Assembly (NCBI RefSeq): GCF_014168815.1
Contig: NZ_AP021972.1
Location: 4,756,375-4,820,374 of the forward strand
Direction: 5' to 3'
From: Klebsiella sp. WP3-W18-ESBL-02
GTDB lineage: Bacteria; Pseudomonadota; Gammaproteobacteria; Enterobacterales; Enterobacteriaceae
DNA length: 64,000 bases
Shown here: in pieces, positions 8,871 through 22,948 of the stretch
How the letters are laid out: the number at the start of each line of letters is the position of its first letter
Numbering within the stretch: the stretch's first letter is position 1
The notes under the pieces: generated by a model
Database searches by the model: none
Told to the model about the DNA's origin: nothing
What the model saw: the letters and a program-made list of their open reading frames with translations, nothing else
Position numbers and translations under genes: made by a program

Positions 8871-11300
8871 ATGTCCGGCTGGCCACGAATTTACTACAAA
8901 TTACTGAATTTACCATTAAGCGTACTGGTAAAAAGCAAGTCTATTCCGGCAGAACCTGCCCAGGAACTGGGGCTCGATACGTCGCGCCCGATTATGTACG
9001 TCCTGCCTTATAACTCTAAGGCCGACTTGCTGACGCTGCGCGCCCAGTGCCTGGCGCATGATTTACCCGATCCGCTTGAACCGTTGGAAATCGACGGCAC
9101 TCTGCTGCCGCGCTACGTGTTTATTCACGGCGGCCCGCGCGTGTTCACTTACTACACGCCAAAGGAAGAGTCGATCAAGCTGTTCCACGACTATCTCGAT
9201 CTGCACCGCAGCAATCCGGACCTGGATGTGCAAATGGTGCCGGTTTCCGTGATGTTCGGGCGCTCTCCGGGCCGCGAAAAAGGCGAGGAAAATCCGCCGC
9301 TGCGTATGCTCAACGGCTTCCAGAAATTCTTCGCCGTCTCCTGGCTTGGTCGCGATAGCTTCGTGCGCTTCTCGCCGTCTGTGTCGCTGCGCCGCATGGC
9401 CGACGAACACGGCACCGATAAAATCATCGCCCAGAAGCTAGCACGCGTTGCCCGCATGCACTTTGCCCGTCAGCGCCTGGCTGCGGTTGGCCCGCGCCTG
9501 CCGGCACGTCACGACCTGTTCAAAAAGCTGCTGGCTTCGAAAGCCATTGCGAAAGCGGTCGAAGATGAAGCGCGCAGCAAAAAAATCTCCCATGAAAAAG
9601 CACAGCAGAATGCGATTGCGCTAATGGAAGAGATTGCGGCTAACTTCTCCTACGAGATGATTCGCCTGACTGACCGTATCCTCAGCTTCACCTGGAACCG
9701 TCTGTACCAGGGCATTAACGTCCATAACGCCGAGCGCGTACGCCAGCTGGCGCACGACGGCCATGAAATTGTCTATGTGCCCTGCCACCGTAGCCACATG
9801 GACTACCTGCTGCTCTCTTACGTGCTCTATCATCAGGGCCTGGTGCCGCCGCATATTGCCGCCGGTATCAACCTGAACTTCTGGCCAGCCGGTCCGATTT
9901 TCCGTCGTCTGGGCGCGTTCTTTATTCGCCGTACCTTTAAGGGTAACAAGCTTTACTCCACCGTGTTCCGTGAATACCTTGGCGAGCTGTTCAGCCGCGG
10001 CTATTCCGTCGAGTACTTCGTGGAAGGCGGGCGCTCGCGTACCGGCCGTCTGCTGGACCCGAAAACCGGCACCCTGTCGATGACCATTCAGGCGATGCTG
10101 CGCGGCGGTTCCCGACCTATCACCCTGGTGCCGATTTACATCGGCTACGAGCACGTGATGGAAGTGGGTACCTACGCCAAAGAGCTGCGCGGCGCGACGA
10201 AAGAAAAAGAGAGCCTGCCGCAGATGCTGCGCGGGCTGAGCAAGCTGCGCAACCTCGGCCAGGGCTATGTCAACTTCGGCGAACCGATGCCGCTGATGAC
10301 CTACCTGAACCACCACGTGCCGGAATGGCGCGAGTCTATCGACCCAATCGAAGCCGTGCGTCCGGCATGGCTGACGCCGACCGTCAACAAGCTGGCAGGC
10401 GAGCTGATGGTGCGTATTAACAACGCCGGTGCGGCGAACGCGATGAACCTGTGCTGCACCGCGCTGCTGGCCTCGCGCCAGCGTTCGCTCACCCGCGAGC
10501 AGCTGACGCAGCAGGTAGAATGCTACCTGGCACTGATGCGCAATGCGCCGTATTCACCGGATGCCACCGCGCCGAAAGCCACCGCCAGCGAGCTTATCGA
10601 CCATGCTCTGCAGATGAATAAGTTCGAAGTCGAGAAAGACACTATCGGCGACATCATTATTCTGCCGCGCGAGCAGGCGGTGCTGATGACCTATTACCGC
10701 AACAACATCGCGCACATGCTGATCATGCCGTCGCTGCTGGCGGCCATCATGACCCAGCATCGTGAGATCTCTCGCGAGCAGGTGCTGAGCATCATTGGTA
10801 CGCTGTACCCGATGCTCAAAGCTGAGCTGTTCCTGCGCTGGGATCGCGAGGCGCTGCCGTCGGTGATGGACACCCTGATTGCCGAAATGGTCCGTCAGGA
10901 GCTGATTACCGAGCAGAACGGCAACCTGCGGATTAACGCTTCGCACTCCCGCACGCTGCAACTGCTGGCCGCTGGCGCACGCGAAACGCTGCAGCGCTAT
11001 GCGATCACCTTCTGGCTGCTGAGCGGCAACCCGTCGATGAACCGCAGCACACTGGAGAAAGAGAGCCGTACGCTGGCACAGCGTTTGTCGGTGCTGCACG
11101 GCATCAACTCGCCGGAGTTCTTTGATAAAGCGGTGTTCTCCTCGCTGGTGCTGACGCTCCGCGATGAGGGTTATATCAGCGACAGCGGTGACGCCGAGCC
11201 GGAAGAGACGATGAAGGTTTACCAGATGATGGCGGGCCTGATTACCTCGGACGTGCGCTTGACGATTGAGAGCGTAACGCAGGAAGAGGCGGCGCAGTAA
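8871..11300 (+). CDS. plsB: Glycerol-3-phosphate O-acyltransferase PlsB
   Basis: The 809-aa product [54 protein letters not shown]... contains the HRSHMDY acyltransferase motif. It is divergent from dgkA. Confidence 0.97.
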   Translation: MSGWPRIYYKLLNLPLSVLVKSKSIPAEPAQELGLDTSRPIMYVLPYNSKADLLTLRAQCLAHDLPDPLEPLEIDGTLLPRYVFIHGGPRVFTYYTPKEESIKLFHDYLDLHRSNPDLDVQMVPVSVMFGRSPGREKGEENPPLRMLNGFQKFFAVSWLGRDSFVRFSPSVSLRRMADEHGTDKIIAQKLARVARMHFARQRLAAVGPRLPARHDLFKKLLASKAIAKAVEDEARSKKISHEKAQQNAIALMEEIAANFSYEMIRLTDRILSFTWNRLYQGINVHNAERVRQLAHDGHEIVYVPCHRSHMDYLLLSYVLYHQGLVPPHIAAGINLNFWPAGPIFRRLGAFFIRRTFKGNKLYSTVFREYLGELFSRGYSVEYFVEGGRSRTGRLLDPKTGTLSMTIQAMLRGGSRPITLVPIYIGYEHVMEVGTYAKELRGATKEKESLPQMLRGLSKLRNLGQGYVNFGEPMPLMTYLNHHVPEWRESIDPIEAVRPAWLTPTVNKLAGELMVRINNAGAANAMNLCCTALLASRQRSLTREQLTQQVECYLALMRNAPYSPDATAPKATASELIDHALQMNKFEVEKDTIGDIIILPREQAVLMTYYRNNIAHMLIMPSLLAAIMTQHREISREQVLSIIGTLYPMLKAELFLRWDREALPSVMDTLIAEMVRQELITEQNGNLRINASHSRTLQLLAAGARETLQRYAITFWLLSGNPSMNRSTLEKESRTLAQRLSVLHGINSPEFFDKAVFSSLVLTLRDEGYISDSGDAEPEETMKVYQMMAGLITSDVRLTIESVTQEEAAQ

Positions 11301-11306
11301 AAACAA

Positions 11307-11339
11307 AAATCCCCGGTCAGAAAGCCGGGGATTTTTTTA
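11307..11339 (+). terminator. Rho-independent terminator after plsB
   Basis: The hairpin AAATCCCCGG-TCAGAAAG-CCGGGGATTT is followed by TTTTTT. Confidence 0.8.
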
Positions 11340-11361
11340 TCGCGTGGTGACCGAATGCCAC

Positions 11362-11436
11362 GCCTGATGGCGCTGCGCTTATCAGGCCTACACACGCGAG
11401 TGGCAGCGTAGCCCGAATAAGGCGTTTACAGGCCGC
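11362..11436. repeat. REP/BIME element
   Basis: GCCTGATGGCGCTGCGCTTATCAGGCCTAC is followed by a second partial REP, GCCCGAATAAGGCGTTTACAGGCCGC. Confidence 0.8.
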
Positions 11437-11438
11437 AT

Positions 11439-12311
11439 TTAAAACTGCCAGTAGCTCATCGCCAGGCCAATAAACAGCACCAGCCCCACGTAGTTATTGT
11501 TCATAAACGCCTGGAAGCACGGGCCGCGCTCGCGGTGGCGAATCAGTTTCTGCTGGTACACAAACAGCGCACCGGCGATCAGTATCGACCAGTAGAACGC
11601 CCAGTGCAGGCCGTTGAGCCAGCCAATCGCCACCATCAGCACCAGCACGCATGCCTGCAAAATACCGATAATCAGGCGGTCATTGTCGCCGAACAAAATC
11701 GCCGTGGATTTGATGCCGATTTTCACGTCATCGTCACGGTCTACCATCGCGTACTGCGTGTCGTAAGCCACCGCCCACAGAATATTCGCCAGCAGCATCA
11801 GCCAGCAGCTCAGCGGCAGCGTCTCGCTCACCGCCGCGAAGGCCATCGGAATCGACCAGCCAAACGCCGCCCCCAGCACCACCTGCGGCAGGTGGGTATA
11901 ACGCTTCATAAACGGGTAAACCCACGCCAGCGCCAGCGCCGCGATTGACAGTAAAATGGTCATCGCGTTGAGCGTCAGCACCAGCAGGAAGGAAAGCGCC
12001 ACCAGCACGATAAACAGCGTACGGGCCTCTTTCTCCGTGACCGCCCCGCTCGGCAACGGTCGATTTGCCGTCCGTTTGACGTGACCGTCAAATTTACGAT
12101 CCGCATAGTCGTTCACTACGCAGCCCGCGGCGCGCATCAGCCATACGCCCGCCACAAAGACCGCCAGGATCCACAGCGGCGGCACACCCGGCGAGGCGAC
12201 CCACAGCGCCCACAGCGTCGGCCACAGCAGCAGCAGCGCGCCGATCGGTTTGTCCGTGCGCATCAGCCGATGGTAGGCCAGCAGCTTATTCTGCTTCAGA
12301 CTCCACTCCAT
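11439..12311 (-). CDS. ubiA: 4-hydroxybenzoate octaprenyltransferase UbiA
   Basis: The 290-aa product [37 protein letters not shown]...[15 protein letters not shown] matches UbiA. Confidence 0.95.
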   Translation of the reverse strand: MEWSLKQNKLLAYHRLMRTDKPIGALLLLWPTLWALWVASPGVPPLWILAVFVAGVWLMRAAGCVVNDYADRKFDGHVKRTANRPLPSGAVTEKEARTLFIVLVALSFLLVLTLNAMTILLSIAALALAWVYPFMKRYTHLPQVVLGAAFGWSIPMAFAAVSETLPLSCWLMLLANILWAVAYDTQYAMVDRDDDVKIGIKSTAILFGDNDRLIIGILQACVLVLMVAIGWLNGLHWAFYWSILIAGALFVYQQKLIRHRERGPCFQAFMNNNYVGLVLFIGLAMSYWQF

Positions 12312-12324
12312 TCTTTTTTTCCTC

Positions 12325-12822
12325 TCAGTACAGCGGCGATGCCGGTAAAAACAGCTCGGTTAACAGCAGCGGTTTACCGCTTAAGCGGAGGCGGGAACGA
12401 CGCCCCCACAGCGCATCATGACGACCTATCTCAATAAAATCTCGCGTCAGCGTTGACGACGTAAACAGGTAGCGACCCAGCGGCGTTTGCCCCAGGTTTT
12501 GCAGCGCCAGCTCCGGCCCGCAGAGGGTCGACTCTGGCACCACGGTGCGCCCGGCAAGCCACGGTTCACCGCCGACGCACAATAATATTTCCCGCAGCCA
12601 ATAGCGAGCCTCTTCTGGCAGCAGATGCTGCTCAGCCGCCAGCGAGTCGCGGCTGACAAATTCTTCATTTAATAGCGTGACGCTGACGGGTTTCCCGAAC
12701 TGCTCAAACCGTTTGGTCATGGAATCTTCCAGCATCAGCCAGTCGCGCTGAGCGGGTTCAAGCGGGGGAATGACGTCAAAATAGCGCAGCGCGCGTAGTT
12801 GCGTCAGTGCAGAGTGCGACAT
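12325..12822 (-). CDS. ubiC: Chorismate pyruvate-lyase UbiC
   Basis: [41 protein letters not shown]...[13 protein letters not shown] (165 aa) matches UbiC. The ORF-track upstream extension is rejected. Confidence 0.9.
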   Translation of the reverse strand: MSHSALTQLRALRYFDVIPPLEPAQRDWLMLEDSMTKRFEQFGKPVSVTLLNEEFVSRDSLAAEQHLLPEEARYWLREILLCVGGEPWLAGRTVVPESTLCGPELALQNLGQTPLGRYLFTSSTLTRDFIEIGRHDALWGRRSRLRLSGKPLLLTELFLPASPLY

Positions 12823-13009
12823 GCCTGTCTCTCCAATACAAAGCGTTTCGCCATTGTATCGCAGAAAGTCGCGTGAGGGGGTGCAGGAATGGTCAAATAC
12901 GATCATTAGCGCAACAGCAGTGCAACAGTTTGCGTTGCGCGATAAAAAAGGTGCGCCCACAAGGGCACACCGAAAGGCTTCGCCTAAACATCAGCGCTGC
13001 GGGGAGAAC

Positions 13010-13942
13010 TTACCCCTTGCCTTTTACAGCGCCGATAAAGGTGGAACGAGCAGATTTAGAGCCCAGGCGCTCGGCTTCATTCATCAGCTTGAGGGCTTTA
13101 TCGATATCCCCTTTCGCTACCGCCTGTTTAATTCCGTTGTTGAAATAGCTTTCCGTATCATCCAGCATCGGTTCCGCCTTCGCCGCTGGCGCTGCAACTG
13201 GGGCTGCCGCTGGCGCGCTGTAGGCCGGTGCCGCCGTGTTGCCGACGGTGACCGGCGCCGGGCCGGAAGAGCCGAACAGCGGGCCAACCAGCACGCTGGA
13301 GCTGCTGTTGGTTTTCACTTTCAGCTTCACTAAGCCGTCGGTAATGTGTTTGGCTACCGGGTCCGGAATATCCGGTACGGCGTTACCGGTGCCTTTCGCG
13401 TAGGCTTTTGCCGGGTCCAGCAGAGTCGTGGTCTGCTGGAGATCTTTCTCGGTCGTAAAGACCAGGACATACAGCTTCTGCTGGCCCAGCGCTGGCGTCA
13501 GGCGCATCACCCCTTCCAGACGGTCGGCGCTCATCACGCCCGGTGCCTGGTAGGTGAAGTAGCTGCTGGGGAAGAAGGCAGAAGGCGTCATGTTCTGATC
13601 GAGAATCAGCACGTTTGGCGCAAATACGTTAGTTTGCTTGTTGACTTCACTGGTCAGGGTCAGCGTCAGTTCACCGATGTTAGCCGGGACGCTGTAGGCC
13701 GCCACGTTGCCGGTGATACCAGGAACGTTCAGGCTCTGACCGCCGGTCGCAAGCTGGGTGGACTGCACTTTGGATTGGTCTACCGGCGTCCAGGTCAGCT
13801 GCTGAAGCGCAGAGGTTGGAATCGTCGGGGCGGCGCTGGTGTTTTGTGGCACATAGTTGACGTCGGCGAGGCTGATGCCCGGGACGCTCGCCATTAATCC
13901 AGCAGATAAGCAGAGAGCAACGAGACTTTTTTTCATTTTCAT
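13010..13942 (-). CDS. malM: Maltose-regulon periplasmic protein MalM
   Basis: MKMKKSLVALCLSAGLMASVPGISLADVNYVPQNTSAAPTIP... (310 aa) matches MalM. It is the last gene of malK-lamB-malM. Confidence 0.93.
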   Translation of the reverse strand: MKMKKSLVALCLSAGLMASVPGISLADVNYVPQNTSAAPTIPTSALQQLTWTPVDQSKVQSTQLATGGQSLNVPGITGNVAAYSVPANIGELTLTLTSEVNKQTNVFAPNVLILDQNMTPSAFFPSSYFTYQAPGVMSADRLEGVMRLTPALGQQKLYVLVFTTEKDLQQTTTLLDPAKAYAKGTGNAVPDIPDPVAKHITDGLVKLKVKTNSSSSVLVGPLFGSSGPAPVTVGNTAAPAYSAPAAAPVAAPAAKAEPMLDDTESYFNNGIKQAVAKGDIDKALKLMNEAERLGSKSARSTFIGAVKGKG

Positions 13943-14056
13943 TATGATGACCTCAGAATGCGGAGTTCTAGCGGTAGCCAGGCAATAGCGCGCTAAACCT
14001 CAAGGAACAGAGGGGCTTACGCCCCTCGTCGGTTGTTACGTCAGGTTAGTGCTGAA

Positions 14057-15412
<1,356 letters not shown>

Positions 15413-15482
15413 TTAACATTTCACCCCGTATCGCCTTATCGCTAGCGACGTGGGGGTTAGATGTTTACTTTTTATGGGGCCT

Positions 15483-16592
15483 TTAAACGCCGGGCTCTTT
15501 ATGCAGCCGACGACATGCGGTGCCATCCTCACGGAACAGATGACAGCGCTCTGGCGGCAAGCCAATGGCGAATGTGGCACCCTCTTCTACCAACACCACG
15601 TCGTTCTGGCGGTAAACCAGGTTCTGACGAATGGCGGGGATCTGGATATGAATTTGCGTTTCGTTGCCCAGCTGCTCGACAACATGCACCACGCCTTCCA
15701 GCGTCACATCGGCGATGTGGCTCGGCATCAGGTGCTCCGGGCGAATGCCCAGCGACATGTTGGCGCCAACCTGCACGTTGTTACTCTCAACCGGCAGCCA
15801 GATTTGCTGATGGTTTGGCAGCTCAACCTGGACCTGTTCGATGGCGGTGGCGGTGACTTTGACCGGCAGGAAGTTCATCTTCGGCGAACCAATAAAGCCC
15901 GCGACAAAGCGATCGGCCGGATAGTGATACAGCTCAAGCGGTTTACCGACCTGCGCAACGCGACCCGCGTCCAGCACCACGATTTTGTCGGCCAGGGTCA
16001 TGGCTTCGACCTGATCGTGGGTCACGTAAATCATCGTGCGGCCCAGACGTTTATGCAGACGGGAGATTTCAATACGCATCTGTACGCGCAGCGCGGCGTC
16101 CAGGTTAGAAAGGGGTTCATCCAGCAGGAACACGCGCGGCTCGGCCACCAGAGTACGGCCGATAGCGACACGCTGACGCTGACCGCCGGACAGGGCCTTC
16201 GGTTTACGTTCCAACAGATGGGCTAATTGCAGAACTTCAGAAACCTGATTAACGCGCTGGTTGATCACTTCTTTTTTAGCGCCGGCCAGCTTCAGGCCAA
16301 AAGACATGTTCTCGGCAACGGATAAATGGGGGTACAGCGCATAAGACTGGAACACCATCCCCACGCCGCGTTCGGCGGGCGGAACATCGTTCATGCGGGT
16401 TTCACCGATGAACAGATCGCCGCTGGTGATGGTTTCGAGACCCGCGATCATACGCAGCAACGTCGATTTGCCGCAGCCGGACGGCCCGACAAACACCACG
16501 AACTCCCCTTCCTGGATATCGAGGTTGATATCTTTTGATACCACCACGTCGCCCCAGGCTTTCGTTACATTGCGTAGCTGTACGTTCGCCAT
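15483..16592 (-). CDS. malK: Maltose/maltodextrin ABC transporter ATPase MalK
   Basis: [53 protein letters not shown]... (369 aa) matches MalK. Confidence 0.97.
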   Translation of the reverse strand: MANVQLRNVTKAWGDVVVSKDINLDIQEGEFVVFVGPSGCGKSTLLRMIAGLETITSGDLFIGETRMNDVPPAERGVGMVFQSYALYPHLSVAENMSFGLKLAGAKKEVINQRVNQVSEVLQLAHLLERKPKALSGGQRQRVAIGRTLVAEPRVFLLDEPLSNLDAALRVQMRIEISRLHKRLGRTMIYVTHDQVEAMTLADKIVVLDAGRVAQVGKPLELYHYPADRFVAGFIGSPKMNFLPVKVTATAIEQVQVELPNHQQIWLPVESNNVQVGANMSLGIRPEHLMPSHIADVTLEGVVHVVEQLGNETQIHIQIPAIRQNLVYRQNDVVLVEEGATFAIGLPPERCHLFREDGTACRRLHKEPGV

Positions 16593-16711
16593 GCCCTTCT
16601 CCCTCGTTACAACTTGTCACCAAACGACACATTCAAGATGAACCTGACTATGCAACACACATCATTGAGGTGAATCCTCCACCCCCCCTGTTTTTTATGG
16701 GGGAGGAGACG

Positions 16712-16721
16712 GGAGGATGAG
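16712..16721. promoter_or_regulatory. MalT box-like motif in the malK/malE divergent control region
   Basis: GGAGGATGAG fits the GGA(T/G)GA MalT box core. A neighbouring GGGAGGAGAC repeat lies at 16701-16710. Confidence 0.5.
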
Positions 16722-16827
16722 AAGGTGCGCTCTGCCCCCGGCGGCGCAGCCTCCGAACGAAAATCGTGACGGGGCCGACAAAAAACGGCGCTTTTTTTTG
16801 TGCGCTGAGACTCATAACCGGGGTTTA

Positions 16828-16843
16828 TGTTACAGCGATCACA
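16828..16843. promoter_or_regulatory. Putative CRP site in the mal intergenic region
   Basis: TGTTACAGCGATCACA fits the TGTGA-N6-TCACA consensus. Confidence 0.5.
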
Positions 16844-16870
16844 TTAATCACCCTTGGGGCGTAGAGGTCA

Positions 16871-16880
16871 GGAGGATGGA
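16871..16880. promoter_or_regulatory. MalT box-like motif near the malE promoter
   Basis: GGAGGATGGA lies about 85 nt upstream of the malE ATG. Confidence 0.5.
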
Positions 16881-16916
16881 AAGGGGTTGCTAAAAAAGGA
16901 AACTCAACGACGTTAA

Positions 16917-18155
<1,239 letters not shown>

Positions 18156-18167
18156 TGCTGTCGATGT

Positions 18168-18241
18168 GCCTGATGGCGCTTCGCTTATCAGGCCTACGGA
18201 GGATTGTAGGCCGGATAAGGCATTTATGCCGCCATCCGGCA
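18168..18241. repeat. REP/BIME pair in the malE-malF intergenic region
   Basis: TGCCTGATGGCGCTTCGCTTATCAGGCCTAC is followed by the inverted unit GTAGGCCGGATAAGGCATTTATGCCGCCATCCGGCA. The malE-malF spacer is the classic REP location. Confidence 0.85.
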
Positions 18242-18284
18242 CTTCTCCGGCCAGGAAGTTTCACCGTTGTAGAGGAAGATCCCC

Positions 18285-19829
18285 ATGGATGTCATTAAAA
18301 AGAATCATTGGTGGCAAAGCGACACGCTGAAATGGTCAGTGATTGGTCTGCTGGGCCTGCTGGTGGGTTACCTTGTAGTTTTAATGTACGCACAAGGGGA
18401 GTACCTGTTCGCCATCATGACGCTGATTTTAAGCTCAGCGGGCCTGTATATTTTCGCCAACCGTAAAACCTACGCCTGGCGCTACGTTTACCCTGGCATG
18501 GCCGGGATGGGGCTGTTCGTCCTGTTCCCGCTGATTTGTACCATCGCCATCGCCTTTACCAACTACAGCAGCACCAACCAGCTCACCTTCGAGCGCGCCC
18601 AGCAGGTGCTGATGGACCGTTCTTATCAGGCGGGCAAAACCTATAACTTCACCCTCTTCCCGGCGGGCGATGAGTGGCAGCTGGCCCTCACCGACGGCGA
18701 AAGTGGTAAAAATTATCTGTCCGACGCTTTTAAAATTGGCGGCGAGCAGAAGCTGCAGTTAAAAGAAACCGACGCCCTGCCAACCGGCGAGCACGCGCCG
18801 CTGCGCGTCGTTACCCAGAACCGCCAGGCGCTGAATCAGCTCACAGCGGTACTGCCGGATGAAAGCAAAGTGACCATGAGCTCACTGCGCCAGTTCTCTG
18901 GCACCCAGCCGCTGTATACGCTGGCCGACGACGGCCTGCTGACCAACAACCAGAGCGGCGTCAAATATCGCCCTAACAGCGATATTGGTTTCTATCAGAG
19001 CGTTAACGCCGACGGCAGCTGGGGCAGCGAACAGCTGAGCCCGGGCTACACCGTCAGCATCGGCTGGGACAACTTCACCCGCGTCTTTACCGACGAGGGC
19101 ATCCAGAAGCCGTTCTTCGCTATCTTCGTCTGGACCATCGTCTTCTCGGTGCTGACCGTTATTCTGACCGTGGCCGTTGGCATGGTGCTGGCCTGTCTGG
19201 TGCAATGGGAAGCGCTGAAGGGCAAAGCCATTTACCGTGTGCTGCTGATTCTGCCGTACGCCGTGCCGTCCTTTATCTCGATTCTGATTTTCAAAGGGCT
19301 GTTCAACCAGAGCTTTGGTGAAATCAACATGATGCTGAGCGCGCTGTTCGGTATCAAACCGGCCTGGTTCAGCGATCCGACCACCGCCCGCTCGATGATT
19401 GTTATCGTTAACACCTGGCTGGGTTACCCGTACATGATGATTCTGTGCATGGGCCTGCTGAAAGCGATTCCGGACGACCTGTACGAAGCCTCGGCAATGG
19501 ATGGCGCCGGTCCGTTCCAGAACTTCTTTAAAATTACGTTCCCGATGCTGATTAAGCCGCTGACGCCGCTGATGATTGCCAGCTTCGCCTTTAACTTTAA
19601 CAACTTCGTGCTGATTCAGCTGTTGACCAACGGCGGTCCGGATAGACTCGGCACCACCACACCGGCCGGCTATACCGACCTGCTCGTGAGCTACACCTAC
19701 CGTATCGCCTTCGAAGGCGGCGGCGGTCAGGACTTCGGCCTGGCGGCGGCGATTGCCACGCTGATCTTCTTGCTGGTAGGGGCACTGGCTATCGTGAACC
19801 TGAAAGCCACGCGCATGAAGTTTGATTAA
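18285..19829 (+). CDS. malF: Maltose ABC transporter permease MalF
   Basis: The 514-aa product [40 protein letters not shown]... matches MalF. Confidence 0.96.
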   Translation: MDVIKKNHWWQSDTLKWSVIGLLGLLVGYLVVLMYAQGEYLFAIMTLILSSAGLYIFANRKTYAWRYVYPGMAGMGLFVLFPLICTIAIAFTNYSSTNQLTFERAQQVLMDRSYQAGKTYNFTLFPAGDEWQLALTDGESGKNYLSDAFKIGGEQKLQLKETDALPTGEHAPLRVVTQNRQALNQLTAVLPDESKVTMSSLRQFSGTQPLYTLADDGLLTNNQSGVKYRPNSDIGFYQSVNADGSWGSEQLSPGYTVSIGWDNFTRVFTDEGIQKPFFAIFVWTIVFSVLTVILTVAVGMVLACLVQWEALKGKAIYRVLLILPYAVPSFISILIFKGLFNQSFGEINMMLSALFGIKPAWFSDPTTARSMIVIVNTWLGYPYMMILCMGLLKAIPDDLYEASAMDGAGPFQNFFKITFPMLIKPLTPLMIASFAFNFNNFVLIQLLTNGGPDRLGTTTPAGYTDLLVSYTYRIAFEGGGGQDFGLAAAIATLIFLLVGALAIVNLKATRMKFD

Positions 19830-19843
19830 GGGAGACAACGAAC

Positions 19844-20734
19844 ATGGCTATGGTACAACCCAAATCTCAGAAACTGCGTCTCTTTACCACGCACCTGCTG
19901 CTGCTGATTTTCATCGCGGCGATTATGTTCCCGCTGCTGATGGTTATTGCTATCTCGCTGCGCGAAGGGAACTTCGCCACCGGCAGCCTGATCCCGGAAA
20001 AAATCTCCTGGGAGCACTGGAAGCTGGCGCTGGGCTTCAGCGTTGAGCACGCCGACGGTCGCGTCACGCCGCCACCGTTCCCGGTGCTGCTGTGGCTGTG
20101 GAACTCGGTGAAAATCGCCGGCATCACCGCCATCGGTATCGTGACGCTGTCCACGACCTGCGCCTACGCCTTTGCCCGTATGCGCTTCCCGGGCAAAGCG
20201 ACGCTGCTGAAAGGCATGCTGATTTTCCAGATGTTCCCGGCGGTGCTGTCGCTGGTTGCCCTGTACGCGTTGTTTGACCGTCTGGGTCAGTACATTCCGT
20301 TTATCGGTCTGAACACCCACGGTGGCGTGATCTTCGCCTACCTCGGCGGTATTGCGCTGCACGTGTGGACGATTAAAGGCTATTTCGAAACGATCGACAG
20401 TTCGCTGGAAGAAGCGGCCTCACTGGACGGCGCGACGCCGTGGCAGGCTTTCCGCCTGGTACTGCTGCCGCTCTCCGTACCTATTCTGGCGGTGGTGTTT
20501 ATCCTGTCGTTTATCGCCGCCATTACCGAAGTACCGGTTGCATCGCTCTTGCTGCGTGATGTGAACAGCTACACCCTGGCCGTGGGTATGCAGCAATACC
20601 TCAACCCACAAAACTATCTGTGGGGCGACTTTGCCGCAGCGGCTGTCCTTTCCGCCATCCCTATTACCGTCGTCTTCCTGCTCGCGCAGCGTTGGCTGGT
20701 AAACGGCCTCACGGCCGGCGGCGTGAAGGGCTAA
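19844..20734 (+). CDS. malG: Maltose ABC transporter permease MalG
   Basis: The 296-aa product [44 protein letters not shown]... matches MalG. Confidence 0.96.
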   Translation: MAMVQPKSQKLRLFTTHLLLLIFIAAIMFPLLMVIAISLREGNFATGSLIPEKISWEHWKLALGFSVEHADGRVTPPPFPVLLWLWNSVKIAGITAIGIVTLSTTCAYAFARMRFPGKATLLKGMLIFQMFPAVLSLVALYALFDRLGQYIPFIGLNTHGGVIFAYLGGIALHVWTIKGYFETIDSSLEEAASLDGATPWQAFRLVLLPLSVPILAVVFILSFIAAITEVPVASLLLRDVNSYTLAVGMQQYLNPQNYLWGDFAAAAVLSAIPITVVFLLAQRWLVNGLTAGGVKG

Positions 20735-20798
20735 GTTTCATCGTTAATGCCACTGTTATCATCCTCAACTTGTACGAACCCTAACTTGTGACTGTTTG

Positions 20799-20825
20799 GC
20801 GCTCTTCGGAGCGCCTCTTTTTTTA
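20799..20825 (+). terminator. Rho-independent terminator of malEFG; possible 3' end of a malG 3'UTR-derived sRNA
   Basis: The hairpin GGCGCTC-TTCG-GAGCGCC is followed by TCTTTTTTT. Confidence 0.8.
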
Positions 20826-20886
20826 CCTGTCTATCGGAAGCTGGTCGGATACTTCAACGCCCCCATCCGGCAACCTGCGCGATATT

Positions 20887-20916
20887 GCCCGATGGCGCTG
20901 CGCTTATCAGGCCTAC
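20887..20916. repeat. REP element overlapping the psiE stop codon
   Basis: GCCCGATGGCGCTGCGCTTATCAGGCCTAC. psiE ends at 20913, inside this repeat. Confidence 0.75.
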
Positions 20917-21323
20917 TCGCGTTTGAGGCGCTTCGAGTTACACAACCACAGCGTAATCACCAGCAGCAGAATGGCGGCAGAATAAATCAGCACATCCAGC
21001 GGAGACTTATGGTCGACGATAATCAACCGCACAATCGCGGTGATGCCAATATAGACAAAATAGCGCAGGGGAAAATGGAAGCCTGACTGAAAGTACTTCA
21101 CAATCAGCGCGATAAATTCGAAATAGAGGAAGTAGACCACCAGCCCCTCCACCAGTTCGTACTTGCTGGTGCGCTCCGGCGCAAACAGTACATCGGCCAG
21201 ATGTACCGTCTCTTTACCAAGAAAAACAATCAGGATCAGACCCAGGCTGAGCAAGCCCAGGTTCAGGACGGTCTGCAAAATTGTGGAGATAAACTCTACG
21301 CGTGGGCGAGTCAGTGACGTCAT
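20913..21323 (-). CDS. psiE: Phosphate-starvation-inducible protein PsiE
   Basis: [47 protein letters not shown]... (136 aa) is nearly identical to PsiE. It is convergent with malG; xylE is absent. Confidence 0.92.
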   Translation of the reverse strand: MTSLTRPRVEFISTILQTVLNLGLLSLGLILIVFLGKETVHLADVLFAPERTSKYELVEGLVVYFLYFEFIALIVKYFQSGFHFPLRYFVYIGITAIVRLIIVDHKSPLDVLIYSAAILLLVITLWLCNSKRLKRE

Positions 21324-21370
21324 AGCAAGCACCTCTTTCGCTGGGCCGAGATCTTTGTATAGCGCAAAAG

Positions 21371-21386
21371 TGTGATCCAGATCTAG
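21371..21386. promoter_or_regulatory. Putative CRP site in the psiE promoter region
   Basis: TGTGATCCAGATCTAG has a perfect left half-site. psiE is known to be cAMP-CRP and PhoB controlled in E. coli. Confidence 0.35.
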
Positions 21387-21612
21387 TTTTTCTGGTCAAC
21401 TTTTCACCGCCATGCGGCCCGTCGTATCCGGTTATTCAAGCCCGGATCGGGTATCTGAGGCGGTACCTTGGTGCATTTTTGCGTGATAAACGGCTTAAAG
21501 AGAATAATTTTCTTTATATTGCCTCTGACAAGGAAAAATAGAGTAAGTTTTTCCTCATAAAAGCACCTAAATTAACCTTATAAATAACAGGTTTATTTGG
21601 GGGCATCACCGC

Positions 21613-22932
21613 ATGCGTTACGTCTCTCCTTCCCTTTTTATCCAGTGGCTCAAGCAAGAAGTTACGCCTGCATTAGGCTGCACCGAACCGGTGGCTATCG
21701 CATTTACCGCAGCCTATGCCGCCCGCTATCTGCCCGGCCCCTGCGAGCGCATCAGCGGATTTATTTCCGCCAATCTGTATAAAAACGCCATGGGCGTCAC
21801 CATTCCTGGCACGACCGTTTCGGGCGTAAGCCTGGCCGCCGCCATTGGCGCCTTTGGCGGTCATGCTGATAAAGGCTTACGTGCGCTGGAAGGGATTACC
21901 GAGCACCACGTTGAATTAGCCAACGCGTTAATCAACACAGGCAACGTCACGATTAACGTGGAGGACACGTCCGATTTTATTCACCTCGACCTGACGCTGT
22001 TCGCCGCCGGGCAGTCCTGCCGCGTGGTGGTCAAAGGCACCCACACGAACGTGGTGGCGCTCTATCTGAACGATGAACCGCTGACGCTGGAACAGCCTGA
22101 CGAGAAGGCCGCGAACCATCACGCGCTGCCAACCTTCAGCCTGCGGGACGCGTTCGATTTTATTACCGCAGCACCCGCGGAAGAGATCGCGTTTATCCTC
22201 GAAGCAGGCCGCCTGAACTCGGCGCTGTCGCAGGAAGGTAAACGCAAAAAATACGGTCTGAATATTAACGGCGCGTTCGCCGATGCGGTAAATAAAGGGC
22301 TGATGAGCAACGATCTGATGAGCAAAGTGATCATTGATACCGTTGCCGCCTCCGATGCCCGCATGGGCGGCGCACCGGTCATTGCGATGTCTAACTTCGG
22401 CTCCGGCAACCAGGGGATAACCGCGACGATGCCAGTCGTGACCGTCGCAAACCATCTCAATGCCGATGAAGACACTCTGGCGCGCGCGCTGGCCCTATCG
22501 CACCTGACGGCCATCTCCATCCACTCGCGCTATACCCGTCTGTCCGCGCTTTGCGCCGCCTCGACGGCGGCCATGGGCTCGGCGGCAGGCATGGCCTGGC
22601 TGTTCACCCGCGATCCCGATGTCATCAACGCCGCGATTACCAACATGGTTAGCGACATTACCGGCATGATTTGCGACGGCGCGTCTAATAGCTGTGCGAT
22701 GAAAGTGTCTTCGGTGGTTTCCAGCGCCTTCAAAGCGGTGCTGATGGCAATGCAGAACAGCTGCGCCAGCGCTAACGACGGCATTGTATGCCGCGACGTA
22801 GAGCAAACCATCAATAATTTGTGCCGGCTGGTGGTTCACCCGATGACGCATACCGACAAAGAGATTATCAGCATTATGGTGGACAAGTCGTTTCCACGCG
22901 ACGCCGTGCTCGTCGACAGCGTCGCGCATTGA
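21613..22932 (+). CDS. YhaM/UPF0597-family protein (serine-dehydratase-like, putative L-cysteine desulfidase)
   Basis: The 439-aa product has the conserved N-terminal ...EVTPALGCTEPVAIAFTAAYAA... motif of the YhaM family. It is not syntenic with the E. coli yhaM locus and is probably a paralog. Confidence 0.6.
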   Translation: MRYVSPSLFIQWLKQEVTPALGCTEPVAIAFTAAYAARYLPGPCERISGFISANLYKNAMGVTIPGTTVSGVSLAAAIGAFGGHADKGLRALEGITEHHVELANALINTGNVTINVEDTSDFIHLDLTLFAAGQSCRVVVKGTHTNVVALYLNDEPLTLEQPDEKAANHHALPTFSLRDAFDFITAAPAEEIAFILEAGRLNSALSQEGKRKKYGLNINGAFADAVNKGLMSNDLMSKVIIDTVAASDARMGGAPVIAMSNFGSGNQGITATMPVVTVANHLNADEDTLARALALSHLTAISIHSRYTRLSALCAASTAAMGSAAGMAWLFTRDPDVINAAITNMVSDITGMICDGASNSCAMKVSSVVSSAFKAVLMAMQNSCASANDGIVCRDVEQTINNLCRLVVHPMTHTDKEIISIMVDKSFPRDAVLVDSVAH

Positions 22933-22948
22933 ACCCACGAGGCAGTCG

